Notes under the pieces: model-generated
What the model saw: the letters and a program-made list of their open reading frames with translations, nothing else
Told to the model about the DNA's origin: nothing
Database searches by the model: none
NCBI GenBank assembly: GCA_964036045.1
Contig: OZ038378.1
Coordinates: 193,502,001 to 193,566,000 of the forward strand
Length of the DNA: 64,000 bases
Source: Eutreptiella sp. 'Long Island Sound 2002'
Lineage: Eukaryota > Protista > Euglenida
Direction: 5' to 3'
Shown: positions 12,400 to 25,060 of the stretch, in pieces
How positions within the stretch are numbered: the stretch's first letter is position 1
Layout: every line of letters starts with the position of its first letter
Position numbers and translations under genes: made by a program

Positions 12400-12660
12400 A
12401 TACTTGAAATAAGGCTCAATACTTTTGGTAGTACAGAGCTTTGCACTGTGTGCACAACAAACCTGCACAGAGTGCCCACACAGCACACGTGCAGTTCATC
12501 AATGTACCCACTTACTATGTCACGTCGCCTCACATATCTGCACATATCTGCATTCTCAGTGAATTGACTACCAAATGCCGCGGTGTGCTTTTGAGAGCAC
12601 CAATCAAATGCACCAACCTGATTCCCACCACCATCTTGTGTGGCAGCCGGCTTCGTTGCA

Positions 12661-13047
12661 TCACCAGTTATCTGAATATGAGTAGGGAGGACTGGGCCAC
12701 GTAAACCCTGCCATATCGGGATCCCTGAATTCCTCAGGGGTGTCTCGGCCTAAAAGATGCACGGTGTGTGCCCATGGTACCGCTCCCCCCATATCCCACA
12801 AATCAATCCCACCCAACCTATCTTCTTTCACACCCCGTACTTGCCCCCACCCTATTGCCCCCATTGATTTCATGTTCCGCCACCACCTCCATGTTGCACT
12901 AGCAGCTTCCTCCTCTGCCCCTTCTTGGGTGGGGAAACAAGCAACAAGGGCAATTGTATCAGTCATGTGCCTCTGAAGTGGTTCCATAATCTCACCGTGG
13001 ACAGCTCTTTGAAACAAGGTCAGCCTTCTCGAGACTCCATCTTTCAA
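12661..13047 (-). pseudogene. Possible non-LTR (LINE) RT C-terminal relic
   Basis: WGQVRGVKEDRLGGIDLWD resembles the W..l..pk..GGLgl.dl motif downstream of LINE RT domains. No other domain was found. Confidence 0.3.
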
Positions 13048-14746
13048 TCATCTACACTTTCTGTGCATGTTCATGCTGAGTGAGCAGAAAACCACACAAA
13101 CGTCTTGGGTATGCCCCTCAAATGCTGCATGCACACAACGAAGCCAATCACATTAAGCACTGCAACTGCCACAGTTGTGTACCCAGGCATTAAGCCCTGA
13201 TATCCAAAGTTTCAGGATAGGGGTTGCAGACGTACTAAACATCAAACAACTGTTGAACAAGCAGCGGTGACGGAGTTCTGCGCATGTTGCAATGCCTGCA
13301 AATGATCTCGGACTGCAGCTGCCAAAGCGCATCTTAAACGCACATGTGTCAAAGGGGGGGGAGGGGGGTTGAAGCTGCAGCAGGATGCTGAGGCTGAAGC
13401 AGGACAGGAGCTGAGAAAGGTTCAGAGTTGAAAAAGTCAATTGGTGCAGTCTGAAATTGTGCACTTTTAGCGTTCCAATAATACAAGAAGAGGGCTCAGC
13501 ATCTGCTCAGCGCTGTGGGCCTGTCCAGCATAGGGGAGCATTTTTGCACAGCTCGGGCCCAGCGCGCACACAGCGCCCAACTGTCAGTGAGCTTTCCCAT
13601 GACCACTGAAAACCACCCACCACCGGGGGAGCTGCGTCCACAGGGCAAAAACAGCAGATTCAGACAGCAATCTTTAGTGGGAATTCTTAGTGGGAAATTT
13701 CGTTTGTTTTAACTCATTGTCTGAGTTTTTGGACTGAGTAAGAATCTGAGCAGTCCTGTGTCTGGGAACACAGTGGTTACTGCGGTCACCTTGGCCATAA
13801 GAGAAAATGGCTCCAAAATAGCCTACTTTTTGCACAGCGCGCGCACAGCGCACGGTGCGCCCCCTAGCAAGCCTAACCCTCATGATGAACCAAAATGGCA
13901 TGGAAAGCAGCATGGCCGGTCCACAAAGCGACAACAGCCGCTGGAATTTCACGAAATGGAGCAGGAAGACACAGGAGTGAAGGCTTACTCTTCAAAGGGA
14001 GACGTCGGTCATCAAATAGGGCGCTGTTAAGCATTTTTATAATGAAAGCATTCCAAATCCGTGGAACAAACAGGGCACTGTAGTGCCACGGCCACTCAGC
14101 TGACACCCCCAACCCCAACCCTCCAGCCCGCTTGACTAGGGCCGTGGAACCAAAGAGCAGGGGGTTTTATAGCCAAACGCAAATACTGAGAAAGGACTCC
14201 AAATGCTGAGATGCTGTGCAAACAGTGCACACGGACAAAAGAACACAAAACATTGGATCATCCGTTTGGAAGCATAAATGTGAGGCCATCTGCCTGAAGC
14301 CCACTTCGCGTGACATTGTCGTGAATCCCCATGCAAGGGTGCCATAGGGCTGGACAATGCACACACAAGCTCCGTGTGCTGGAGGGCCACCGGAAATAGA
14401 ACATAGAAAATTGGGCTCTGGTGTTTGCAGTGAAGGACAGTCCCTGACACCGAAATGAAAAAACTGCCGAACTGTGTTATGCTAAAGCCTCAAGAACAAG
14501 GGGGCAGCAGAATCTGGAAGTGCAGGTTTGGGGCACCTTTTCGCTGACAGCGGGTGGTGGTTAACCTACGTTCCCGACAGGTTACAATATGGTTGGTGGG
14601 CTATTGGGGTGGAATGAAATGTCATGTAAGGTAACCCTTCCCCCCCTGGAACTGCCCCCGGCTGTGGCAGGCGGCAGCCAAAAACGCAACAGAATTGCGA
14701 TCCTTCTGAACCGCCCTGGTCCCTGCACTTTGTGGCTGCACGTTAC

Positions 14747-15178
14747 TTAGTTCTGACCAACCCGGGCCACAATGATGGTGATGTCATTCTTCTTGCCACC
14801 GCGATATTCCACCCCGGCCTCCTGAGCACGCTTTGCAAATGGCGACAAGTAGCCTGTGTTACGGGCATTCTTAAGAGCCTGCTCCTTCAGCATGCCGGCA
14901 ATGCTTGGCAAGGACTTACCCTTCGCCGCAGACACCATGCGCGTGATGTCAGCCTCAACGATATTGTCCAGCAGACCATCAGTGCCCATCACCACAAGGT
15001 CCCCTGGTTGGGTCTTGAACATGCTCTGGTGGCTCATAGTAGGCAGTACCAAATTCTCTGGGTCGCCATGGGTGCTGAGCTGAAGTGGGACATTCCAGTC
15101 GGATCGCAAGGCTTCGGTGCGGTGCACGCACTCAGTGCCACGAATCACCAGGAGACCACTGTCACCGAGATTAGCCAC
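14747..15178 (-). CDS. PP2C (PTC7/PBCP-like) phosphatase, exon 3 of 3
   Basis: Acceptor attcag|GTG; encodes VANLGDSG...GDLVVMGTDGLLDN...GGKKNDITIIV and ends at TAA. Phase 0 matches the end of exon 2. Confidence 0.93.
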   Translation of the reverse strand: MANLGDSGLLVIRGTECVHRTEALRSDWNVPLQLSTHGDPENLVLPTMSHQSMFKTQPGDLVVMGTDGLLDNIVEADITRMVSAAKGKSLPSIAGMLKEQALKNARNTGYLSPFAKRAQEAGVEYRGGKKNDITIIVARVGQN

Positions 15179-18100
15179 CTGAATGCATGCAGGTTGTGTC
15201 TGGCAGGGATTCCATGACTAAACATGTCAATCTGAATGTGCACATCTTTGGAATCTTGGAACTTGTGTCTGGACTGACATTGGTCTGAAAATGCCTACAC
15301 TCCATTGTTCATTGCCATCCCGCTTTTTTACCTCTTTTACTTTTTTGCCTCTCAAACTTCGCCAAATATGCAAGGGGGTGGGGGCCTTCCCTTACCTGCA
15401 AGAGCATGGATGCCAGTGTTAAAAAAAAATGCATCATGCATGTTTGCAATGACACATAATGCCAATGATTCACCACATGACTAGTGGGTGGTCGTTAGAC
15501 AGTGCTTTAAGGCAAGTGGGTGGTCGTTAGACAGTGCTTTAAGGCAAGAAGGTGCCATTTAATCAGGACCTGTCATTGGACAGTACCATGAATACTTCTG
15601 CAGCCCAGGAAATTCTCTCCGCTGGAGGTTTGTGACCAAATCAGGGCAGCCCCCTTGTGTACCTACCAGGACCACCTGGTGAGGAGACAAACATTTGCAA
15701 AGAATAAAGCACACAACCCAGAGACAGCAAATCACGCACTTTGTGTGTGCCCTGGTCTCCGTCCCTGTCTGTGTCCTTCTTTCATTTGTTGTCCATTTCC
15801 TCTCGTAAAATTTCGAAAACCATTTCCAGCCAAACTTCCGGTGAAACAAAAAAATCAACCCCAAACACCCGTCTAGTGCCTTGTGAGCCCGGCTGTACAC
15901 ATTGACGTCCACGAGAAAATATTGCAGCCATCTCCACTTGTGCACATGCATGTTTGTACTTTAATTGTGCTTGTTTCGGGGGAAAACCAAATATTCAAGA
16001 AATGAGACTTTCTAGGGGGGGTTACAATTTGCCGCCAGGGTGGGCGTTATGGGCGAGAGACTTTCATCAACCGCATTACCATATGTACAAGGCAGGACTC
16101 GAACACGCCCCCCTAGGCCGCACGCAAAGGTGTGTGGCCACTCTACTATAACGATGCTGAAGCAAAATGTGCACATGATCAAAGCAGGAGGGGGGCACTC
16201 AATGACTGGTAGTGACCGAATCCCCCCACCACCACTGCACCCAAATTGGTGGTGAACCTGGTACGTGCTGGCAGTAAGTAAACACACGTTGCTGAGCTCA
16301 AAGCCAGGTCCCACGGGCAGGGGCCCAGGTATGGCACCTCTCTACTACGTCTTATGTCATGGCCAAAATTCAATCCTTGGGCTGTATTGGTCATCATCCC
16401 CCCACAAAACCCGATTCGCCCAATGCGCTGAGACTGCCCTGCTGCTATAATATATCCCTCCAGCACTGAGCCGTACAACTCATGGTCCATAGACCCCCAA
16501 CTGTCCCCACTATTGCTGTCACTCTTTTCCCCCGTTTCCTGTAGCTCAGTCAGTCCTTGTTGCTCCCATATTCCCTCTACCACGACCCTGCCATCCTCAT
16601 CAGACATTGAGCCATCTGATCGTGCATCTAGGTATGTAGACGATCCTAACCCCAAACCATCCTCCGACCCATGCTCTGGCAGCTCCCCCAAATACCTCCC
16701 CTAGCTGCCTAGGATGCATGCTTGTGGGCGACAGACTCCCCCACCCCCTTGCCGCCGCCTGCAAAGGGTGGGAACATGGCACCTCTAGGGCCAATCATTC
16801 TACTCCATTCTACTCGCAAACACGTTGTAACCCTTACCCAGGGTCCTAGTTTTGCAAATGCCAGCTCTCGTTGTAGGTCCATTCACTCCGCTAATTGCGG
16901 CCACCGGTCCACATTCAACAAGGGGCATGATGAGGTTAACCATTATTGTTGCTCCCATTGCGGTATTTTACCACCCATGCCCGCCAACACTTAGTCAGAC
17001 TGCAAGAACAAAAGGAGCTTGTTGCGTCCCATTACTACAAGCTCACATCACGTACTGTGATGGAGGGGGGGGGGGGGTTTGGTGGATGCAAAACTTGGTG
17101 CAGACAAAGTTTGGCACCCATCCTAAAATCCTGAAATCCTAAAGGGGGGTACAAAATTCCGAAACTGTGGCACAATAAGCATAGACTAGGAATGGTGGTT
17201 GATATTTCCTATGGGCCTTTGGTTGGCAATCATCTCATGGAGGCTTTTGGATGCTTGTTGGTGCTACAGACATATTGTAGCAGCTCCAACTAGCCTGCTA
17301 TAGTGTCCTTGAGAGTCCATGTCTTTTGCCCACGGCCAACCCTTACAAGGACACATCATGATGGGAAAATCTGCAGCTTGGCCCTTCAAGCCTAATACCT
17401 ACAACCCCCCCACCCACCCACCCTGTTCAGACAGCCCTCCCCCCCCCCCGGAGTTGCAATGGACCGGCTGCCCTAAAGTACCCGTGTTATCACCAAATGA
17501 TGGTATTGCCCACCAAGGTGCAAATATGTACAAAGCACTTGGGCACTACTGGGAGGGCCTGATTGGTGCTACATGGCTCCCCGTGGGTTTATTTTTGGTT
17601 GTTGGACATGGGGTCTATTCAGACAACTAACGGGAAATTCTGGAGGTAGGGGTATGTTATACCTTTCAAAATCTCCAAGGAAAAGGCTTTTCGGAATGAT
17701 ATGGGCGGGGGGGGAGGGTTCCGGAACCATATTTTTGTGAAATTTGGGGCCCTGAAGTTTGATGGTTCGAGCATTTTGGGGTGTCTTACACGCCACATCA
17801 CACAGGCCTCAAACGGTGACTCCATGATAGTATTGAGTTGAGCAAAAAGCAAAGTAGTGTATCTTATGCAGTGTTTTTTGCATAGAATCCAAATCTTTTA
17901 TGACCCGGGTCTCAACTCCACAACATGTTGTAGAAAATTTGCATTGATCCTCTTGCAGGTAGACTCTAGACTCTAGACTCTGTTGAACATCCTGTGCAAT
18001 AGTGCTGCTGCCCCGCATTGGGTTTCACATGTTCACCTTGCGAGGCCTAAATCTCCAAAATATCGTTTCAAAACGCAAAAGTGAAAGGGGTGGGTTTTTC

Positions 18101-20457
18101 CATTTTGATATGTGGAATTCAAAAACCCAAATCCCACCCTTCATTCAACCCAACAACATTGTGGAGGAAATGGAGCCAAACATGCAGGCAGCAATCATGA
18201 GAAACACAGATTCTACCAAATTTTGGCAAAAGCGTCCAAAAAATGGCATCTGCAGAGGCCTGCCACCATCTCAACGGGCCGTGGGAGTGGGTTTTTTTTG
18301 GATTCGGCACGTCCAAAATAAGGGGGGATATGCACCAATCAAAATGGTACCAACCACCGGCGTCCCAAACGGAATTTCCAAAAATAGGCAGTTAGTTTTC
18401 CCTACAGGTAGTTTAGCCCCCCCGCCCTGTCCAACACCCATGTTCTTTCATTGTCACCAAAATCGGCCAAGATTGGCCCAACGGTCCCCAAGGGTTATCG
18501 GAGGTCACCCAAAAAAACACAATTTTTCTGCCACCCCATGCTGGCATAAAAACGGCTAAGTCCTCACTGGTGGGGCCAATCGGAGGTAACCATAGGTAGA
18601 GCCCACGAACCTTGCAGTAGGTTAGGGAGTGCATGCGAAAGAAAAAAGTGGAATGGGATCAAGGTTTGTATCGGCACATTGTGCAGCTATAGGCGAGCCT
18701 AATTTTGCCCACCACACTAAAACGGGCCCAAAACGGCGCTTTTAGGGGCCACTAGGACGGCCTAAATCATGCTACATGGCTCCCCATGGATTTATGTGTG
18801 CTCCCATGGTCAGGCCATTGGCCCAAGGGTCCCCGGGGCTTGTCGGGGGTCATCCAAATATCGTGTTTTTTCAACCCTTGCTGCTGCTCCTTCCGCTGCC
18901 ACTTGCCGGTGCTAGAAAGGGCACCCCAGACCTTAAAGGGGGCTATAGAATGGGAAAACAAGGACAGTGAAAATTGGCCCCCTTTAATAAATTGACGGTG
19001 TACCTAGAGATGGAGCCCAGAAGCCCTGCTCCATGGCTCCCTAGGGGCTTATATGTGCTCCCATTGTCACCAAATGATCACCCAAAACTGGCCCAAAGGT
19101 TCCCGAGGGTTTTCGGAGGTCCCAATAATCGCAATTGTCACTAATGGGGCGCCAGAGGGAGGCCGATCTTGGAAACCTGGAGGTAGAACCCAGGCACCCG
19201 CCATTGGTTAGGGGGTCCATATGGGTGTGGATCAACACGTAGTGGCCACAATAGACCAACGAACTTTTCACCCTCCCCCACTCAAGAGGCATTACCCAAT
19301 GGGGGGGGGGGGGGTGGATTCATTGGGGGATAAATTTGTCTTCCAAAATGATGATTTTACAAGGGATTAAGCATCCAATATCATACATTGGGGCATGCTA
19401 CACAAATACCCCACTACGTGACCCACCCCCTTGGTGATTTTAGCTAAATCCAAAGCATCATGATGTACTTCCAATTTTTCCCATTTTGTGCATGCTTTTC
19501 ACGGGGAAAACGTTTTTTTATGTGGGTGAGTGGGTCGGTTAGTTGGAGTTGGCCACACCCCCACCTGCGGGTCTTAAGCAATAGCATAGACCAAACACCC
19601 TTCTTGATGGCAAACCCGTAGACAAAAACAACACAAGGCAACAAAATTTTCAGCAAACGAGTTTGAGGAAGAATCAAAATTCTCCATGCGATCAATGTGC
19701 ACTAGTGGCGTGCTACAAAATGAAGCGAAAGCTTCAAATAACGAAGATACGTGCCTCAACTTTCGTCTCGCATGCCTCAATTTTGACCCGGGTTTGGTAG
19801 TTGGTAGGTAAGCGATAGTGGTTGAGTGCAAGGCTCTGCTACATATAGGCAGCCCCTCAAGTAGGCTGACGGATTCATCTCTTCCACATCCTTGGAGACC
19901 CAAGGTCACAAGGAAGGTAGTGGACCGGATCAAATAGGTAGGAGCCCAAAGAACGAGCTAGCAACTAGAGGTTGGAGATATTGTTGAGCACAATGAATGA
20001 TTGTTGATGAGAAGCAGGGACATACACTTGCAGCTGGAACCCTTGACTCTGGAAAAAATCAACATGACGGTTTGTGTGCCTAATAAACAACTTTGTCCCC
20101 GCAAGTGTGTGGATCAATACACCGCACGCAATCATTTTCATTGTGCTCTCCACAAAGTGTGGTGGTGTGCTTTTGGCAGCATAATGCCATAACCTCAACC
20201 CCAACCCCTCCATCATCTTGCATGGCAAGTGAGTTGCTTGCACCACTAGTCTTCCAAACATGAGGTGAAACATGTTCCCATGGTCCATAAACAGGTGATA
20301 CCACAATAGATGGTCTGAACGAAAATGCACAAAGGAGCAAAAAAATAGCTCAATTTGCGCCTTGTAGCACGCATGTACATCAATGTATGATTGTTGTCGG
20401 GCCGTCAAAGTGCCATTCTTTCTTCCAAAAAAAAGGCATATTGACTTGCACCTAGCC

Positions 20458-20620
20458 CTATCATGGCCACCAACCTCAAAATCAAAGAAATCACCGCGCG
20501 TGCGAGAGGGTACATGCCCATCCCATATTAAGACATCGATAGACATCCCAAGGGCCAAAAGCCAAATCCATACAATGTTACCGAATATAGCAATGGCAAC
20601 GGTGACCTTATTAACATGGG
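20458..20620 (-). pseudogene. PHIS-superfamily (PIF/Harbinger-ISL2EU, DDE_Tnp_4-like) transposase fragment, copy 1
   Basis: Encodes TVAIAIFGNIVWI...SIDVLIWDGHVPSRTRGDFFDFEVGGHD; homologous to copies at ~27100-27275 and ~59880-60020. Confidence 0.55.
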
Positions 20621-21785
20621 ATGCATATGTGGGATTCCAAAGCTCAGTACTCCAAGCCTGTCTGATGGAACTAATGGGCATGGAATCAAACGGGTCAGAA
20701 AAGAAGGAAAATGGGGAGGATGGTTGTAAGGATTCAACCTATCAGCCCACCCAAATTCCTACACAACATGGTAAAAGTATTTGGGAACACACGCCTGGCG
20801 TTGCTACCAAACAACACTCCTCGCTACGCGACATGAATGCACCACGACTCACCGGTGGTGTCTTGAAAAAAAAAGGTGAAACATGGCTTCCTAGTCAAGA
20901 AGATGCATCACTTAGTCAGCTTGGGGTGCAAACCATTCATGCCCTCAATTCCAAGGGTGAACAACTCCTCCCCACTTATCCAATAAACAAAAAGGGAAGT
21001 AAAATGATTGTGCAACCCCTGTGGTATTAGGGAAAGGTGAGATGGCTATAGAACCGGTGCCATCTCAGGGAGAAACAAAACGCCTATGAAACCCATTCGG
21101 CGTGTAACCCTTGCCATCTCGGGGACCACTCAATGTTGATGGCTATGTAACCCTTGCGTCATTGGGACCACTCAATGTTGGCTGTGTAATCCCGGCCTCG
21201 GGGATGGGTGCGTAATCCCTGCCACTCAATGGACCACATGATGTTCATGTTGGCTATGCCTGTGTCTGTGCTGCCGTCCACAATTGTGCAGGAATCAAAG
21301 CCTGCCTTTTCAGGGTCTAAAGCGGAGATGAATCAGAGTGGCTCCATAATCCCTAGAGTGGCTCCATAATCCCTGCCTTCTAGGGTCCCCAAAACGGCGA
21401 GGAATCAAAGTGGCTATGCAAACCCTGTCTTCTCGCGGTCTCTAGGGTGCTTGGTATAGTGTTTGGTATAGCACTGGTTGGGGGCATTTCCACCAAACAA
21501 GATCCCCGGCGCACCAACGTTCCCCATTCCCCCACTAGTGGCAGGTGTTTTGTACCTCCTGCCAAATGGCTGTGTCAACTATACTGGACAATAAGGAAAG
21601 TGTGTTCTGGTTCGACGGCACAGGCATCGCAGGCAAGCACAATTCTGTCATCTCCTGAACTGTCAATTTCTCCATCTGTCTGACATACCCACCATTTTCT
21701 TCTGTTGCCTGCCGCAACAATAATAAAAATCAACGAATCTGTGTTTTCTCAATGCACAGTCAAACCTCTCCGCAACCCATCATAC

Positions 21786-21988
21786 CTCAAGGCTGCCATC
21801 AGGCAGGAGGGTGGCTATGCAGCATGTAGAGCTGCCGTAGTCCACGCTGTTCAGGTTCTCCAGGTAAGCGTTGTTCATCAGGAGAACTGGGTTGGGGGTG
21901 TCCTGGCTGGCGTCGGCCTGCGCCTTGACTTGCTGCATCAGGGAGTTGGCAAAGACGCCAGCGTTGACACCCTGTTCTTTCCAGGCGC
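21786..21988 (-). CDS. PP2C (PTC7/PBCP-like) phosphatase, exon 2 of 3
   Basis: Acceptor ctcacag|GC and donor GAG|gtatga. It encodes AWKEQGVNAGVFANSLM...GSSTCCIATLLPDGSLE and joins ADGVG|AW in phase 1. Confidence 0.93.
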
Positions 21989-22763
21989 CTGTGAGCCACC
22001 ACATGTAGAGGGATACAGAGGCAGGGAACGACGCTGCCGGGATGCGGCGGCCACAACACCAACGCGGAGACCCAAGAGGAGCACCAAGGCCAAGAGGGGG
22101 GCAAAAGAACACGCGCACCCGCAACCCTAAACGCCGAAACCATCGAAACAACAACACCACCAGCCAACCAAAAACAAACATCAAACAAGATCATACAGGG
22201 GATCAGGGGATTGCTTAGTGATACTTTGGGCCTCAATTGGTCAGGTGTGGACCCGCCACTTAGCTCCAGCCGCGCCTGCCTCACGACCTTCATCGCCATC
22301 TCAGTTCCATGATTGTCCGTGTCACGCAGACAGTGCTTTGCAGTTCGTCCCGTCCCTCGTCCCTGGATGGGGTAAGAGTCGGGCTGCTTCTACAGGGTTC
22401 AGGGCATTGTCGCCTTCGGACTGAGTTTGGGGCGTAGCGTTTGTTGTGTCCCACTTTGGCTCCCACCGTCGCACTGGCATGCTCGCTTGCGCTGGCCCCT
22501 CTCGGCCACACACCTGTGTTTCCGGGTCACCTGGTCGTGGGGGGTGGGGCGGTCAGAGGTCACCCTTGTGGGCCACTGCCACCGGCCCTGGGCTATTTAG
22601 GTCCTTAGGATTTAAAAACCCCAGTGGGTACTGGCTTTTTGGAGGTCAACATACAGCCATACAGAGGGTGGGAAGGCTGGGCGGCGCCGAGGCGCCTGCA
22701 TGTGTGGTGTGTGTGTTTGCGTGTGCGGTTGTTCCCTGTGCCAAGTTCCAGCACTTCTCAGAA

Positions 22764-22849
22764 GGCGGCCGCTCAAGTGGCAGCGCACCCGGCGTTTGCC
22801 GTGAGGGAGGTGGTTCGAGTCCCGGGATCGGTGGTCTCCCACCGATCCC
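22764..22849 (+). mobile_element. tRNA-derived, SINE-like head with a downstream perfect hairpin, in PP2C intron 1
   Basis: A-box-like gctcaagtgg, B-box ggttcgagtccc and a possible GCC anticodon loop. An 11-bp stem gggatcggtgg-tctc-ccaccgatccc follows at 22824-22849. The acceptor stem is not intact. Confidence 0.55.
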
Positions 22850-24063
22850 TTCAAATACCGGACGGGACCTCCTGTCGACCTGTTTGAGTACAGGTGGCGG
22901 CGCGCACTGCTGCAGGTGTGTGTGGTTCCTGCGTGTCACTTTTTGGGGGTTGGGGCAAAACGGACGAGACCTCCACCCGATCCACCGGTACCGGTGGTGG
23001 CGCGGGTTGCTGTAGGGAGGGGTGGTTCCCACGACGCCGACTAGAGAGCTCTACGTGCAGGGATACTTTGGGGGGGGTGGGGGGGTTTCTGGCCTTCCGG
23101 GGGTTTTGGCCGACGGCACAGCATTCACAGGAAACTTAGTCAAACAGATCGGCTGAAGGGCCAGGATGCTCGGAAAACTCCAATTCCCCCTTCAGAGACC
23201 AATGGTGGAGCAGGGCTGCTGTCACTGCGGTGTTAGGTACACTTTGGCTCTTCCTCCTGGTTCTGCTGCATTTTCCACCCACATGTGCACTCTGATGGAG
23301 AGGGTGTGGTCCACAAGGGCTGGTGGGGTCACAAGGGCTGGTGGGGTACCATGTGGTTCTTTTGTCTCCTGTGTGACCTGCTTGCTGGTCAAGGTGAGCT
23401 TGGGGGGGGGGGGGGGGATGAAGGAGTCACTGGATTGCCCCTCCCTCAACTATTGAGCCACCCTGCCCCAGTGCCGTACGTTGGGGCAGCGGGGGGATAA
23501 AGGGACGAGAGGGACCATGACCATTCCACTGGATCGGGCGAGTCCACCAAATGTGTTCTCAGTTGGCCCTCCTAATAATTAAACCTGCTCAAAAAGACAA
23601 GCGACAGGGACGTTTTGTGAGTCAGTGAAGAACTGCCTGCTGTGAGATGCCGATGTTGATGCCAACCTTCACTCTGCAAGTATCAGGCTGCACAGCAGCA
23701 AAATCAGAAGAAACAGCTCTTCAGCGACATAGTCACAGGCGCCTTTCACGATAAAAAAAATAAGACACTCAGAAAGTGGCTACCCCTGCTCGCAATTGCC
23801 ACTCATTCGTTCCTCTATACCGCTACTCTGTTGCGTTACTCTATGGTTACTCTATAGTGTTACGCTATACTGTTACTCTAGACAGCTTTCCCCGAGAGCA
23901 GCATTCTGGACTCGAAACCGTTACAGTGGAGTGTTGCTCTCTATAGTATTACTCTATATCCATGCGTTGTTCTGCAGCTTTACTCTTTCCTGCTACCCTC
24001 GGGCCTCTTGTTTCCAGGTTAGCAGCCTGGGATGTAAAGGGGGGAATTGCTGGAAAAACATAC

Positions 24064-24838
24064 CCACTCCATCCGCCACGGCCAGCACTCGGGGGGTGAC
24101 CACAAAGCTGTCCTCGCCACAGTCCATTGCGGCGTAAGGCTCGCCCCGCCATCCCTGATAAACTGCGGGAGCAGATGGGCCGTCCCTCATGCACTGGGCA
24201 CAGCTCTGCAGGTAGAACTCCCCAGCCCCCACCCCGGCGGGCACACTCTCCTCGCAGGACTCAGGCTCCGCCACAGGCTTGGGCTGCGGTGCCACAGTTT
24301 GAGGCTTGGCACCAAAGGCCCCGGCAACGCCCCCGACCACGGCCCCTTCTAGCCAGCCCACAGGGTCCGCCCCCCAGGCCTCATCCTTGGGTGCGGTCTT
24401 GGGGCTGCTGCTGCTTGCCTTCCAACCCAAGGCCCCGGCGATTGCCCCTGCCACCGTCAGTCCAAGCCAGCCGATGGGATCGTCCCCCCATCCCGCAAAC
24501 TGCCGTCCCACCCAGCCAATAGGGTCGTTCCCCCAAGGCTCACTCTCTGCTTTCTCGGCCCCGAGGCGGCTGCTGTACGAAGGCAGTGGGCGCCCTGCTG
24601 CTGAAGGGGCTGCCCGCGAACGCTGCTGTACTGCCACGGGCGTGGTCAGGGGGCGAGTAGAGGTGCTGGCCCATGTGCCCTGTGCTGCGTCCCCTGGGGT
24701 GGCGGTGACAAAGACAATCCCAGCGAGAGCGGCGAGGGTGGTGCTGACGGCGAGGAGGACCACCTGGGGCGACGCCTGGCGGGGTGCCAGAGCCCCGTGG
24801 TACTGTGGCTCAGTAGAGAGCAGGTGGATTTGAGACAT
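24064..24838 (-). CDS. PP2C (PTC7/PBCP-like) phosphatase, exon 1 of 3, with a tripartite euglenid-type plastid presequence; spliced product 469 aa
   Basis: ATG at 24838 is followed by hydrophobic segment 1 (VVLLAVSTTLAALAGIVFV), an S/T/A/R-rich region and hydrophobic segment 2 (WLGLTVAGAIAGALGWK). The catalytic start CGEDSF...VADGVG follows, then donor G|gtatgt. Exons 775+203+432 = 1410 nt stay in frame. Confidence 0.9.
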
Positions 24839-24848
24839 GTCAGCAAAG

Positions 24849-24865
24849 CTTGGGGCAAAAGAGGG
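24849..24865 (-). promoter_or_regulatory. Candidate (trans-)splice acceptor 10 nt upstream of the PP2C ATG
   Basis: The minus strand reads ccctcttttgccccaAG|ctttgctgacATG. This is inferred; no transcript evidence is available. Confidence 0.4.
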
Positions 24866-24904
24866 ATGCTGTGACTGCGACCGCATATCTGTGGTGCTGC
24901 CCTT

Positions 24905-25060
24905 GACATGACATGATGTGCCGTGCCGTGACGTGAAAGGACGGGACGGGACGCAACGGGGCCGGATGTGATGGGATGGCATGGGATATAATGTGACGTG
25001 ACGCGGCAGGATGGGATATAATGGGATGGGATGGGATGGGATGGGATGGGATGGGATATG
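24905..25060. repeat. Pentanucleotide microsatellite (GGGAT)n with GTGAC/GGGAC variants upstream of PP2C
   Basis: Directly visible as gggatgggatgggat... and gtgacgtgac runs. Confidence 0.9.

Noticed and set aside
15485-15548. 32-bp perfect tandem duplication in PP2C intron 2 (and a similar ~50-bp one at 39812-39912)
   Set aside because: These are ordinary slippage or repair duplications with no further structure.
22764-22835. Functional tRNA-Gly gene
   Set aside because: The acceptor and anticodon stems do not pair cleanly, so it was kept only as a tRNA-derived repeat.
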